DNA from: Candidatus Merdiplasma excrementigallinarum
Lineage (GTDB): Bacteria; Bacillota; Clostridia; Lachnospirales; Lachnospiraceae
Assembly: GCA_018713435.1 (NCBI GenBank)
Contig: DVOS01000057.1
Coordinates: 2,450-66,449, forward strand
Length of the DNA stretch: 64,000 nucleotides
Direction: 5' to 3'
The position numbers and the translations under genes are program-made. Under the pieces are notes generated by a model. The model was not told the origin of the DNA. It was given only the letters and a program-made list of their open reading frames with translations, and made no database searches. Positions 8,564 to 17,096 of this stretch are shown one piece after another (position 1 is the first letter of the stretch; each line of letters starts with the position of its first letter).

Positions 8564-9781
8564 TTATTTTCCGTCTACGGTTCTGATGGCATCCTGCAGT
8601 GTATTCAGGAAGCATTTGCCGCATTTCTTCTCATCCCGGTTCATAATAAAGTCAATAGCCGCGGTAATGCAGATCTTCTCCGCTCTTGCCCTGGCCGTTT
8701 CATCCGCAATCGTGGTGATGTCCTTTACGTTTGCCATCCCCACAATCCGGCGGATCAGTTCCAGGCCGGCAACCGCTGAAGTATCCGCAAGAATCGTGCT
8801 CATATAGTATTCTTTGTAACCAGGTGTTTTGCACATGGTATCTGTCACATGCTCGTCATAATATTTTTCCATCTTGTCCATGGTCAGATTTACCACATCC
8901 ACAATTACGCTCTGGGTCCAGCTGCAGAACTCTTCCGCTCCTGCCACATCCCCGTTGCACCACGCGAAAATAATGTTGGCTACCACGTTTCCGATGTCAT
9001 ATCCCATAGGACCATAGAAGCAGAATTCCGGGTCAAACACCATGGTGGATTCCTCATTGATAAAAATAGATCCGGTATGAAGGTCACCGTGGATGAGGGA
9101 CTGGGCTCTGGTCATGAAATCCATTTTCAGTTTGGCCACTTCCAGATGAAGAGCCTGGTCATCATACAGCTTCTCCTTTACAAACTGGGCAATCGGCGGA
9201 AATACGTGGTTTCTTCCCAGCTCATCATTGTAAGGTTCCGTATAAACCAGGGCCTCTGTAATATCACACAGTCCCGGGGAAATAAACTTCCTCTGCAGTT
9301 CCTTCTTCTTCTGATGATCCATCACCACGTCTGTGGTTCCCATCAGCACCTGTGCCATAAATGTGGAAATCTGCTCCGCGAATTTGGGATAAATTTTATG
9401 CTCCAGCATGGCAGTTCTCATCAGTTCATGGTCTGACAGATCCTGCATACAGCAGGCGCACATCACGGTATCATAGTCATAAATTTCCGGCACATAGCCA
9501 GGCGCCAGTTTTCCCTGCAGAATCAGAATTTCCGACTCGATCCGGTTCCGGTCTGTGTCCAGATGCATATCTTTGGAAATCCGAAGCTCAGAGCCTGCCT
9601 GTTTGATAATGACGCTGTTTCCTTTTTCATCCTTCACCTTAAACACATAATTCAGGTTCCCGTCTCCGATTTCCCTGCAGGTCATTGTCGCCGCATCCCA
9701 GTTTTTCTGGGGAACCTTTACCTTGGCGTACTCGATGGCGTCCGCTTCTTTCATAAGAAAATAAGTGTCAAAATTTGCCAT
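8564..9781 (-). CDS. mtnK: Sugar 1-kinase of the MtnK family (methylthioribose / 5-deoxyribose kinase type)
   Basis: The start is moved to MANFDTYF (ATG at 9781, AGGAGG 6 nt upstream). EIGDGNLNYVFKV and HGDLHTGSIF motifs of the APH-like MtnK kinases. Substrate not established. Confidence 0.86.
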   Translation of the reverse strand: MANFDTYFLMKEADAIEYAKVKVPQKNWDAATMTCREIGDGNLNYVFKVKDEKGNSVIIKQAGSELRISKDMHLDTDRNRIESEILILQGKLAPGYVPEIYDYDTVMCACCMQDLSDHELMRTAMLEHKIYPKFAEQISTFMAQVLMGTTDVVMDHQKKKELQRKFISPGLCDITEALVYTEPYNDELGRNHVFPPIAQFVKEKLYDDQALHLEVAKLKMDFMTRAQSLIHGDLHTGSIFINEESTMVFDPEFCFYGPMGYDIGNVVANIIFAWCNGDVAGAEEFCSWTQSVIVDVVNLTMDKMEKYYDEHVTDTMCKTPGYKEYYMSTILADTSAVAGLELIRRIVGMANVKDITTIADETARARAEKICITAAIDFIMNRDEKKCGKCFLNTLQDAIRTVDGK

Positions 9782-9837
9782 AATAATCCCTCCTAATATC
9801 ATTCTGGTTTTTGCAATATGTTACAATTCTCACTGTC

Positions 9838-9866
9838 ATTCTAACCGGATTTCCCGTCAATGTCAA
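9838..9866 (-). promoter_or_regulatory. Candidate sigma-70-type promoter of the mtnK-mtnA-like operon
   Basis: On the minus strand: TTGACA, a 17-nt spacer, then TAGAAT. Located about 55 nt upstream of the start codon. Confidence 0.5.
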
Positions 9867-9905
9867 TAAAAAAACTAACAAAATACCACAAAATCAAAAA
9901 TAATC

Positions 9906-9950
9906 AAAAAAACGCAAGAGAGGCACTGCCAAACGCGCAGCACCCCTCTT
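9906..9950 (-). terminator. Rho-independent terminator after the ABC permease gene
   Basis: Minus-strand RNA AAGAGGGGUGCUGC / GCAGUGCCUCUCUU forms a 14-bp stem (three G-U pairs), followed by GCGUUUUUUU. Confidence 0.55.
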
Positions 9951-9984
9951 TAAGTTCCGTCTCGTCTTCACGGAACCGGTTGTT

Positions 9985-11016
9985 TTAATCCTCTTTGCTG
10001 GTAATGTATGCAGCAATCAAAGCCAGGCAGAGTACCGCGCCCTTAACCGCAGGCAGAATATAGTATACAACGCCGCACATGGTCATGCCGTTTTCCAGCA
10101 CGGCAATCAGCAAAGCACCGATAGCCGTTCCAAGAGCATTGTATTTTTCTCGTCCGCCCACGCTTCGGCCGATAAATACGGCTGCCAGAGAACTCATCAG
10201 ATAACTGTCAGACCCGTTGATCTGAGCAGCCGAGTTTCTGGAACACACCACGATACCGCCCACAGCGATAAACAGAGCCGCAAACATACCTGCCATAAAG
10301 CGCATTTTCTTCACGTCGATTCCGGAAAGTCTTGCCGCCATCTTGTTGCCGCCCATAGCATACAGATAGCGCCCGTATTTGGTCCGTTCCAGAAGGATAA
10401 AGCAGAGCACTACGCACAGCAGCATGATGATAATAATATAAGGCGATTTTCCGATGTTCTGAGATGCCTCTGTCCAGCCGGAGCGCAGAGGAGAACTGTC
10501 CCCGCCCTTCAGCGCGGTTGCCCAGCCGGGCGTGCTCATGCCTGCGGATACGGCGCTGCCGCCTGTAAACGCAAGTCCCAGTCCCTGATGCACAAACTGC
10601 AGCGCGCAGGTGGCCAGCATATCCGGCACCTTGCATACCAGAATCAGGAACATGTTCAGCAGATACATCACCATAGCGAATACAATGGTAATCACGATAG
10701 AAAGCCACAGAGGCATGGCAAACCAGAGGAAGCAGGACGCAAACACATAGGCACAGAATGATCCCAGCGTACCGGCCGCCATATCAAAACCGTCCGGCGC
10801 CATGGACACGGTTGCCGCCAGGGCAAAAATCGTCATGGTAGACATGGCCCGGAAAATATTAATCAGGTTCGCCACGGAAAAGAAGGCGCTGCCGCGCAGA
10901 ATGGTAAAGATGATGACCGAAACGATCAGAACGATGACCGCAGCCCAGTCCACAAACAGCTTTCCCGCCTTCCTTAAAGAAGTAGAATTTTGCATTTGTT
11001 TATTCCTCCCTGTCAT
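9985..11016 (-). CDS. Sugar ABC transporter permease (RbsC/AraH-type)
   Basis: 343 aa, multi-pass hydrophobic protein. Follows a two-cassette ATPase and a binding protein. Confidence 0.85.
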   Translation of the reverse strand: MTGRNKQMQNSTSLRKAGKLFVDWAAVIVLIVSVIIFTILRGSAFFSVANLINIFRAMSTMTIFALAATVSMAPDGFDMAAGTLGSFCAYVFASCFLWFAMPLWLSIVITIVFAMVMYLLNMFLILVCKVPDMLATCALQFVHQGLGLAFTGGSAVSAGMSTPGWATALKGGDSSPLRSGWTEASQNIGKSPYIIIIMLLCVVLCFILLERTKYGRYLYAMGGNKMAARLSGIDVKKMRFMAGMFAALFIAVGGIVVCSRNSAAQINGSDSYLMSSLAAVFIGRSVGGREKYNALGTAIGALLIAVLENGMTMCGVVYYILPAVKGAVLCLALIAAYITSKED

Positions 11017-11038
11017 ATGGATTTTTCAAATTTGGAAA

Positions 11039-12574
11039 TCATGCCTGGCTGCCCACCTGGCTGGCGCCGGTGGCATAGTGCATAATTTCCGTCTCGTTCG
11101 TCTTGGCTGTTTCCAGCTCGGCCATCACTTTGCCGTCAAACATGACATACATCCGGTCTGTGATAGACAGCAGCTCCGAATTTTCGCAGGTGGCATAGAT
11201 TACACAGTTTCCGGCCTTGGCAATCTCATTGATCAAATGGAAAATTTCCTGTTTCGCGCCCACATCCACACCCTTGGTCGGTTCGTCAAATATGTATACG
11301 TCGCAGTCCGCTGCCAGCCATTTTCCCACCGCAACCTTCTGCTGATTTCCTCCGGAAAGATAGGCCACCTTCTGCCGGATGGAAGGAGTCTTGATGCTCA
11401 GGCTCTCCACAAACTTCTGGGCGTTTTTGTCTGCCGATCTTGTATTTACAAAAATCAGATTGCAGAAACGGCTCAGGGAAGCGGCTGCCAGATTAAAGGA
11501 AACGGTCTCGCCCACCAGCACGCCTTCTTTACGCCGTTCTTCCGGAACCAGCGCAATCCGGTTTTTCACCGCATCGGCAGGTTTTTTAATTACGAGTTCT
11601 TTCCCGTTTAGCGTAATCTTTCCCGAAGACTTTTTATAAGCCCCGAATATGGTCTTGCACAGTTCCGTCTTGCCGCCTCCTACCAGGCCCGCAAGCCCTA
11701 CAATCTCTCCCCGGCGCACATAAAGGCTTACATCCTTCACCCTGCCTTCCCGTTCGGTAAGGTGCTCCACCACAAAACTTTTCTCCCCGATCTCACACAC
11801 TTCCTTGGGGAAGTTCTCCTCAAAGGAGCGGCCCAGCATCTTATCCACAATCTCTTTGGATGTAGTCTGAGGCGTAATGGGAGTGGTATCTACAATCTGC
11901 CCGCCCCGCATAACCGTATAGCTGTCGCAGATACGCAGCACTTCATGAATGCGGTGCGTAATGAATATAATAGCCATGTTCTGGGTATCCCGCAGATGAT
12001 TCACCACACGGAACAGCTCTTCCGTTTCTGTATCGGAAAGGGGCGCCGTAGGTTCGTCTAAAATCAGAAAATTACAGGTATTCTGAATCGCTCTGGCGAT
12101 CAGCACCATCTGCTTCTGGGCCAGAGACAGGGAACTGCAGATCCGTTTCACATCAATATCCACATTCAGCTGTTTCAGCACCTCTTTCGCCTCATTTCGC
12201 AGCTTTCCGTAGTTCATGAACAGCTTTCCCTTCATATTCATAACCGTATCATTAAACATTACATTCTCAGCCACGGTAAGATTGGGGATCAGCGCGGTAT
12301 CCACCTCCTGATACACGATCTGGATACCCAGCTTTTTAGCTGCCACAGGCGTCCGTATCTCCACAGGCTGTCCATTATACAGTACATCGCCGGTATATCC
12401 GGGATTTGCTCCCGAAAGGACTTTCATCAGGGTGGATTTTCCTGCGCCGTTAGCTCCCATCACCGCGTGAATCATTCCGGTCTGAATCTCAAAGTCCACA
12501 TTTGAAAGCGCTTTGACTCCGGGAAATTCAATGGAAACATTTTTTGTCCCCAGCGTAATCTTTTCTTTCTCCAT
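11039..12574 (-). CDS. Sugar ABC transporter ATP-binding protein, duplicated cassette (RbsA/MglA-type)
   Basis: Walker A GANGAGKST and a second GLVGGGKTE. Start chosen at MEKEKITL (ATG 12574); the track alternative is 12616. Confidence 0.88.
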   Translation of the reverse strand: MEKEKITLGTKNVSIEFPGVKALSNVDFEIQTGMIHAVMGANGAGKSTLMKVLSGANPGYTGDVLYNGQPVEIRTPVAAKKLGIQIVYQEVDTALIPNLTVAENVMFNDTVMNMKGKLFMNYGKLRNEAKEVLKQLNVDIDVKRICSSLSLAQKQMVLIARAIQNTCNFLILDEPTAPLSDTETEELFRVVNHLRDTQNMAIIFITHRIHEVLRICDSYTVMRGGQIVDTTPITPQTTSKEIVDKMLGRSFEENFPKEVCEIGEKSFVVEHLTEREGRVKDVSLYVRRGEIVGLAGLVGGGKTELCKTIFGAYKKSSGKITLNGKELVIKKPADAVKNRIALVPEERRKEGVLVGETVSFNLAAASLSRFCNLIFVNTRSADKNAQKFVESLSIKTPSIRQKVAYLSGGNQQKVAVGKWLAADCDVYIFDEPTKGVDVGAKQEIFHLINEIAKAGNCVIYATCENSELLSITDRMYVMFDGKVMAELETAKTNETEIMHYATGASQVGSQA

Positions 12575-12724
12575 AGTTTCCTCTTTTCTTCCTTCCTCCT
12601 CCGAAGCCTCCGGCAATTTACCTGAAAGGGCCTCATACCTGAAAGGAAGGGCGTTAAAGCCTCAACTCCAACGCCCTCTCTTTATTATTTCGTTTTACGA
12701 AATCAGATTTCTGATGTCAGTGGA

Positions 12725-13894
12725 TTAGTGTCCCAGCAGTTCAACCATCCAGTCGCAGGTGGGCATCCAGGAAACGTCGGAGTAGCTCTCATCAGCAACC
12801 TCTTCCAGGTTCTCGATGGTGATGCCTTCCTGTGAAGTTACCTGCTCCTGTGTTACGATAGTGGAAGGAATCTCCAGCCAGTCGCCGATTTCCTCATAGT
12901 AACAGGAAGCTGCTGCAATATCTTCATACTGATCGGCCAGTTCAAGAGCAAGGATACGGCATGCGAATTCGCCGTTGGAAGTCCAGTTTGTGGTAGCGCA
13001 GGCTTTCCACTGAGAACCTTCCTCCTGCATGAACTGAATATCTTCATTACAGATATCAACAGATACCATGGGGATGTCGCGTCCGCCTTCGCTCAGCGCC
13101 TGGTATACGCCCTGGGCATAAGCATCGTAGCAGCACCAGATACCGTCGATCTCATCGTCAGAATACTTCGCCAGTGTAGCGGTTGTCACATCACGCATGG
13201 ATGAAGTAGCGTTCTGGTCATCCGTAGGAGCGATACGCTCAACTGTCACAATGGAACCATCCTCTTCATAAGGAGCATATCCGGTCTGACGGCGGTCAAA
13301 GGGGCTGTTATATCCGGTACCCTGCTGCACCTGAAGGATGTTCAGAGGCTCGCCGGCTTCAACTTTTTCCGCGTTCTCCGGCAGGGACATCAGATACTCT
13401 ACCAGATCTGCCGCAAATCCCGCATCCTGCTGGAAGAACTGGGTCACGCCCTCAATCTTGGCTGTTTCACCGTTCTGATCCTTAAACGGGGTATCAAATG
13501 TAACAATCTTCAGATCCGGGTACTGCGCCAGAATGTCGCTCAGGAAGCTCCAGGCGTATTCCTGTCCGCCGTGGGAAACCATCAGTCCGTCATATCCCGC
13601 GGCCGCGCATGTGGCGATCCGGTTCTGCCACTCCTCCGCATTGTCATTGCAGAAGAAAGTGTCTGCGGTCATGCCCAGTTTTTCAGCTGTCGCTGTAAAG
13701 GAGTCGGACCACATATTAAAGATGGTGGCCGGGCTCATGAACATGATGTAGGCAACCTTTTTGCCTGCTACCGGGGATTCTACTGTAGCCTCAGCAGCCG
13801 CTTCCGTCGTCTCTTCTGCCGTGACAGCCATAGATCCCAGGCTCAGTGTCATCACAGCCGCCAGTGTCATTGCCAGTATCTTTCTCAGTTTCAT
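12725..13894 (-). CDS. Extracellular sugar-binding protein of the ABC importer (type I periplasmic-binding fold), secreted
   Basis: 389 aa. Signal-peptide-like MKLRKILAMTLAAVMTLSLGSMAVTA. First gene of the importer unit. Confidence 0.8.
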   Translation of the reverse strand: MKLRKILAMTLAAVMTLSLGSMAVTAEETTEAAAEATVESPVAGKKVAYIMFMSPATIFNMWSDSFTATAEKLGMTADTFFCNDNAEEWQNRIATCAAAGYDGLMVSHGGQEYAWSFLSDILAQYPDLKIVTFDTPFKDQNGETAKIEGVTQFFQQDAGFAADLVEYLMSLPENAEKVEAGEPLNILQVQQGTGYNSPFDRRQTGYAPYEEDGSIVTVERIAPTDDQNATSSMRDVTTATLAKYSDDEIDGIWCCYDAYAQGVYQALSEGGRDIPMVSVDICNEDIQFMQEEGSQWKACATTNWTSNGEFACRILALELADQYEDIAAASCYYEEIGDWLEIPSTIVTQEQVTSQEGITIENLEEVADESYSDVSWMPTCDWMVELLGH

Positions 13895-13946
13895 ACCAAA
13901 ACCTCCTTATATATTTTTGCTAAATTTCATTAGCTTTTATGGAAAT

Positions 13947-13975
13947 AATCTAACATATTTTCCATATTTTGTAAA
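13947..13975 (-). promoter_or_regulatory. Candidate promoter of the sugar importer unit, with overlapping short direct repeats
   Basis: On the minus strand: TTTACA, a 17-nt spacer, then TAGATT. CATATTT (plus strand) occurs three times at about 13954, 13963 and 13976. Confidence 0.4.
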
Positions 13976-14086
13976 CATATTTTTTTGTTTTTTTGACTTT
14001 ATTTCTTTTTACGAGAATTTTACGCAATTATTTTTTTGCATTTTCAACATTTCAGCAAATGTCCTCTGCATTTTTTGCATTTTTGA

Positions 14087-14743
14087 CTATTTTCCACATA
14101 TATAGTCCGCCATGCCCTGTATCTTGTAACAGCCGGCCACTGCGCCCTGATCTGCCACTCCTTTGCACTTCTGGGCGTGAACTGCCGCTTTTCCAAATAC
14201 AGGCACCATATCTTTTGTCGCTTCCACCCCTGCCTGTGCAGCCTTCAGGGCGGCGCTGATCACCTGTTCAAGAGATGCCTGCCCGTCTGCCGCTTCTTTT
14301 GCGGCCCGGGCCGCCGGCAATATGGAATCATAAATGGTTCTCTGTCCTTCCTGGCATTTTCCTCTTTTCTGAATACCGGCCGCGAAACCGTTCAGATAGT
14401 CCGCCAGGGCATTGCCATCCATCTGCTGTTTTCCCTTCAGCGCTTTTCCGCCCTCCATCACTCCTGTGGACATAAGGAAACCCATGGTAGACGGAACCAG
14501 AGAGGACATTTTCATGCCGGCCTTCATCATCATTTTTCCGATATCGCCGTCCGCCGCCGGCGCCTCCTGCCGCATCAGGTCCGGCAGAGCCGCGTATCCT
14601 TTGCTCATGGTCAGCCCCAGGTCTCCGTCTCCCAGCATGGCGTCCATCTCACACAATTCTTCTTTTTTCTGGACAAACAGACGCCCCACGGCATCAAACA
14701 GATCCGGTATCTGTTCAAATAAAATCACTTCCATATCATTCAT
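14087..14743 (-). CDS. dhaL: Dihydroxyacetone-kinase family, nucleotide-binding subunit (DhaL/Dak2 domain)
   Basis: 218 aa. DAMLGDGDLGLTMSKG motif. Confidence 0.85.
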   Translation of the reverse strand: MNDMEVILFEQIPDLFDAVGRLFVQKKEELCEMDAMLGDGDLGLTMSKGYAALPDLMRQEAPAADGDIGKMMMKAGMKMSSLVPSTMGFLMSTGVMEGGKALKGKQQMDGNALADYLNGFAAGIQKRGKCQEGQRTIYDSILPAARAAKEAADGQASLEQVISAALKAAQAGVEATKDMVPVFGKAAVHAQKCKGVADQGAVAGCYKIQGMADYICGK

Positions 14744-14752
14744 CCCCCATTT

Positions 14753-15745
14753 TTATTTCTGGCAGATAAAAGGAGTGCATACCGGATAATCCAGATACCC
14801 CTTCATCTCATCGTTCATTTTGCAGACAGATATGGAAGCTCCCGCCATCTCCATGGAGGTAGCGTACTCTCCCACAATCATCTTATAAATGGAAATGCCT
14901 TTTCCCTTCAGTATTTCCGTCACATCGTTGGATAGAATGTAAAGCTCTTCCTGGGACGTGGCTCCCAGCCCGTTAATCAGCAAAGCCACCTCTTCTCCCG
15001 GCGCCACAGGCATATCTTTCAGAATCGTATCCAGGGATTCTTCCGCAATCTCCCGGGACGTTTTCAGCGGACCGTTCCATACGCCCGGCTCGCCGTGAAT
15101 GCCCATTCCCATAGCCATCTCATCCTCCTTCAGTTCAAAGTTGGGATGTCCCACTTCAGGAATTACACAGGGAGTCAGAGCGAAGCCCACTGTACGGGTA
15201 TTGTCTTTAGCCAGCTGCGCCGCTGCCAGAACTTCATCCAGGCTGCCGCCCTGATCCGCTCTGGCGCCTGCCGCCTTGTACATAAAATAGATACCGGCAA
15301 CGCCCCGGCGGGTGGCGGGATCCGGGTGAGAGTTTACATCATCCGCCCCCACAATGCTTTTGCACTCGATATCGTCCATCTCGCACAGGTCTGTGGCCAT
15401 ATCAAAGGTCATAATATCTCCTGTATAATTTCCGTAAAGATACAGGATTCCGGCCCCTGCTTCCACCTCTTTGGAGATCTCATAAATCTGCTCCGGCGAC
15501 GGGGACTGAAATACGCCTCCCACACCGCAGCCGTCGATAAGGCCGTCTCCTACATAGCCCAGAAACAGAGGCAGATGCCCTGTGCCGCCGCCTGTGATAA
15601 TCGCTACTTTACCCGGCTTCTTTTCTTTTCTGCAGTAGCAGCGCAGATCTCCCGCCGCGTATTTCACCTGATCGCCGTGGGCGGCATAGATGCCCTTAAG
15701 CATCTCATCCACATAGTTTTCCGGTGCATTCATAATTTTCTTCAT
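14753..15745 (-). CDS. dhaK: Dihydroxyacetone-kinase family, substrate-binding subunit (DhaK/Dak1 domain)
   Basis: 330 aa. ITGGGTGHLPLFLGYVG (a GHLP variant of the GHEP motif I recall) and a GMGIHGEPG segment. Confidence 0.85.
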   Translation of the reverse strand: MKKIMNAPENYVDEMLKGIYAAHGDQVKYAAGDLRCYCRKEKKPGKVAIITGGGTGHLPLFLGYVGDGLIDGCGVGGVFQSPSPEQIYEISKEVEAGAGILYLYGNYTGDIMTFDMATDLCEMDDIECKSIVGADDVNSHPDPATRRGVAGIYFMYKAAGARADQGGSLDEVLAAAQLAKDNTRTVGFALTPCVIPEVGHPNFELKEDEMAMGMGIHGEPGVWNGPLKTSREIAEESLDTILKDMPVAPGEEVALLINGLGATSQEELYILSNDVTEILKGKGISIYKMIVGEYATSMEMAGASISVCKMNDEMKGYLDYPVCTPFICQK

Positions 15746-15803
15746 GGTACATTCCTCCTAAATATATATTTTTATTTAATCCCATTTCAGAGCAGACCGA
15801 AAA

Positions 15804-16331
15804 TCATCCTTTCCCGTCTGCCATCCCGGCCGCCCGCTTCCCGGGCAGATAGACCGACAGCAGCAGCGCAGCCACCCAGAGCAGCATAACGGCGTCATTG
15901 GGCGTACTTCCCAGGTACAGGGTGGCATCAATATAGAAAAAGCAGACTGCCGTTTCCAGCTCCAGGAGAAGTGTCAGAAGCTTTAAAAGCGTCCCTTCTG
16001 ATTTCTTCATCCCGTTTCTCACTTTTACCGGCAGCCTCCACATCTCCAGGGGAAGGAACCGGCAGGCCAGCCTGAAACCCAGCGTCAGGATCCAGCAGAT
16101 CAGCGGGAAAACCAGAAAAAGAAGGCTGGCATCCCCCCACAGGCCTTCCTGCCCCGCCTGTCCATACCGGTTCTTAACCGCCCATATTCCAAAAGCTGTC
16201 ATAGCGGTCTGCAGCAGAAGGGATACGGCGGATACTATTCTGTTTGTCTTAGTAGCCGGTATCCGATGCAGCTCCCCTTTCTTTTGGGGCGCATGAAACA
16301 GCTTTTTCTTCCTTCGCGTCTTATTTGACAT
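15804..16331 (-). CDS. Hypothetical integral membrane protein (about four hydrophobic segments)
   Basis: 175 aa. Basic N-terminus, then hydrophobic helices. No family recognised. Heads the dhaK-dhaL unit. Confidence 0.5.
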   Translation of the reverse strand: MSNKTRRKKKLFHAPQKKGELHRIPATKTNRIVSAVSLLLQTAMTAFGIWAVKNRYGQAGQEGLWGDASLLFLVFPLICWILTLGFRLACRFLPLEMWRLPVKVRNGMKKSEGTLLKLLTLLLELETAVCFFYIDATLYLGSTPNDAVMLLWVAALLLSVYLPGKRAAGMADGKG

Positions 16332-16511
16332 ATCATTGCCTCTTTTTTGGTATTTTTACTTCTTTTTTGTGTATTTATCACAACTTACGCCACTAGTCTA
16401 CCATGATACCGAAAAAAATACAACAAAAAATAACATTGTAATCTCTTGATTTTTCTTTTTTTGTGTAGTACAGTCAAAACAGGAATTATATGAAAGGAGA
16501 GGATACGAAAG

Positions 16512-16970
16512 ATGTTAAAAGGGATTCCTCCCGTACTCTCGCCAGAACTTTTGAAAGTACTGGCCGAGATGGGACACGGTGATACGATTGTGATCGGAGA
16601 TGCCAATTTTGCGGCGGCTTCTATGGCCAAGGACAGCATTCTGATACGCTGCGACGGCGTGCGGGCCACAGAAATCATGGACGCGATTCTTACCCTGATG
16701 CCCCTTGATGACTTTGTGGACGACCCGGTTCTGCTGATGGACAAAGATGCCCGGCACGCAGACCTGGAATGCCCTGTATGGGACGAGTTTAAAGCCATTG
16801 TAGCCCGGCACGACGAGAGAGGCGCTGCCGCCTGTGCCATGATTCCCCGGGGTAAATTCTATACCATGGCCAAGGCCGCCTATGCGGTGGTGGCGACTAC
16901 GGAAACTGCGTTCTACGCCTGCGCCATTCTGCAGAAAGGGGCTGTCGCGCCGGCAGATCCGATACGTTAA
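16512..16970 (+). CDS. fucU: RbsD/FucU-family sugar mutarotase (L-fucose mutarotase-like)
   Basis: 152 aa. MLKGIPPVLSPELLKVLAEMGHGDTIVIGDANF closely matches the E. coli FucU N-terminus as I recall it. Confidence 0.85.
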   Translation: MLKGIPPVLSPELLKVLAEMGHGDTIVIGDANFAAASMAKDSILIRCDGVRATEIMDAILTLMPLDDFVDDPVLLMDKDARHADLECPVWDEFKAIVARHDERGAAACAMIPRGKFYTMAKAAYAVVATTETAFYACAILQKGAVAPADPIR

Positions 16971-16980
16971 TTTATGGCAA

Positions 16981-17031
16981 AACGAGGGTGCTGCTTCATC
17001 ATGAATTTCATGATTGCAGCGCCCTCGTTTT
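16981..17031. repeat. Palindromic intergenic repeat, copy 1; doubles as the fucU terminator
   Basis: aacgagggtgctgc..atcatgaa t ttcatgat..gcagcgccctcgtt, then TTTTT. The first 25 nt are identical to copy 3 at 43911. Confidence 0.75.
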
Positions 17032-17096
17032 TATGAAATATAAGAGACAGTCCCAAATAAATGTGCTATACTGGCAGAAACAGGGAGGGAAATTTT

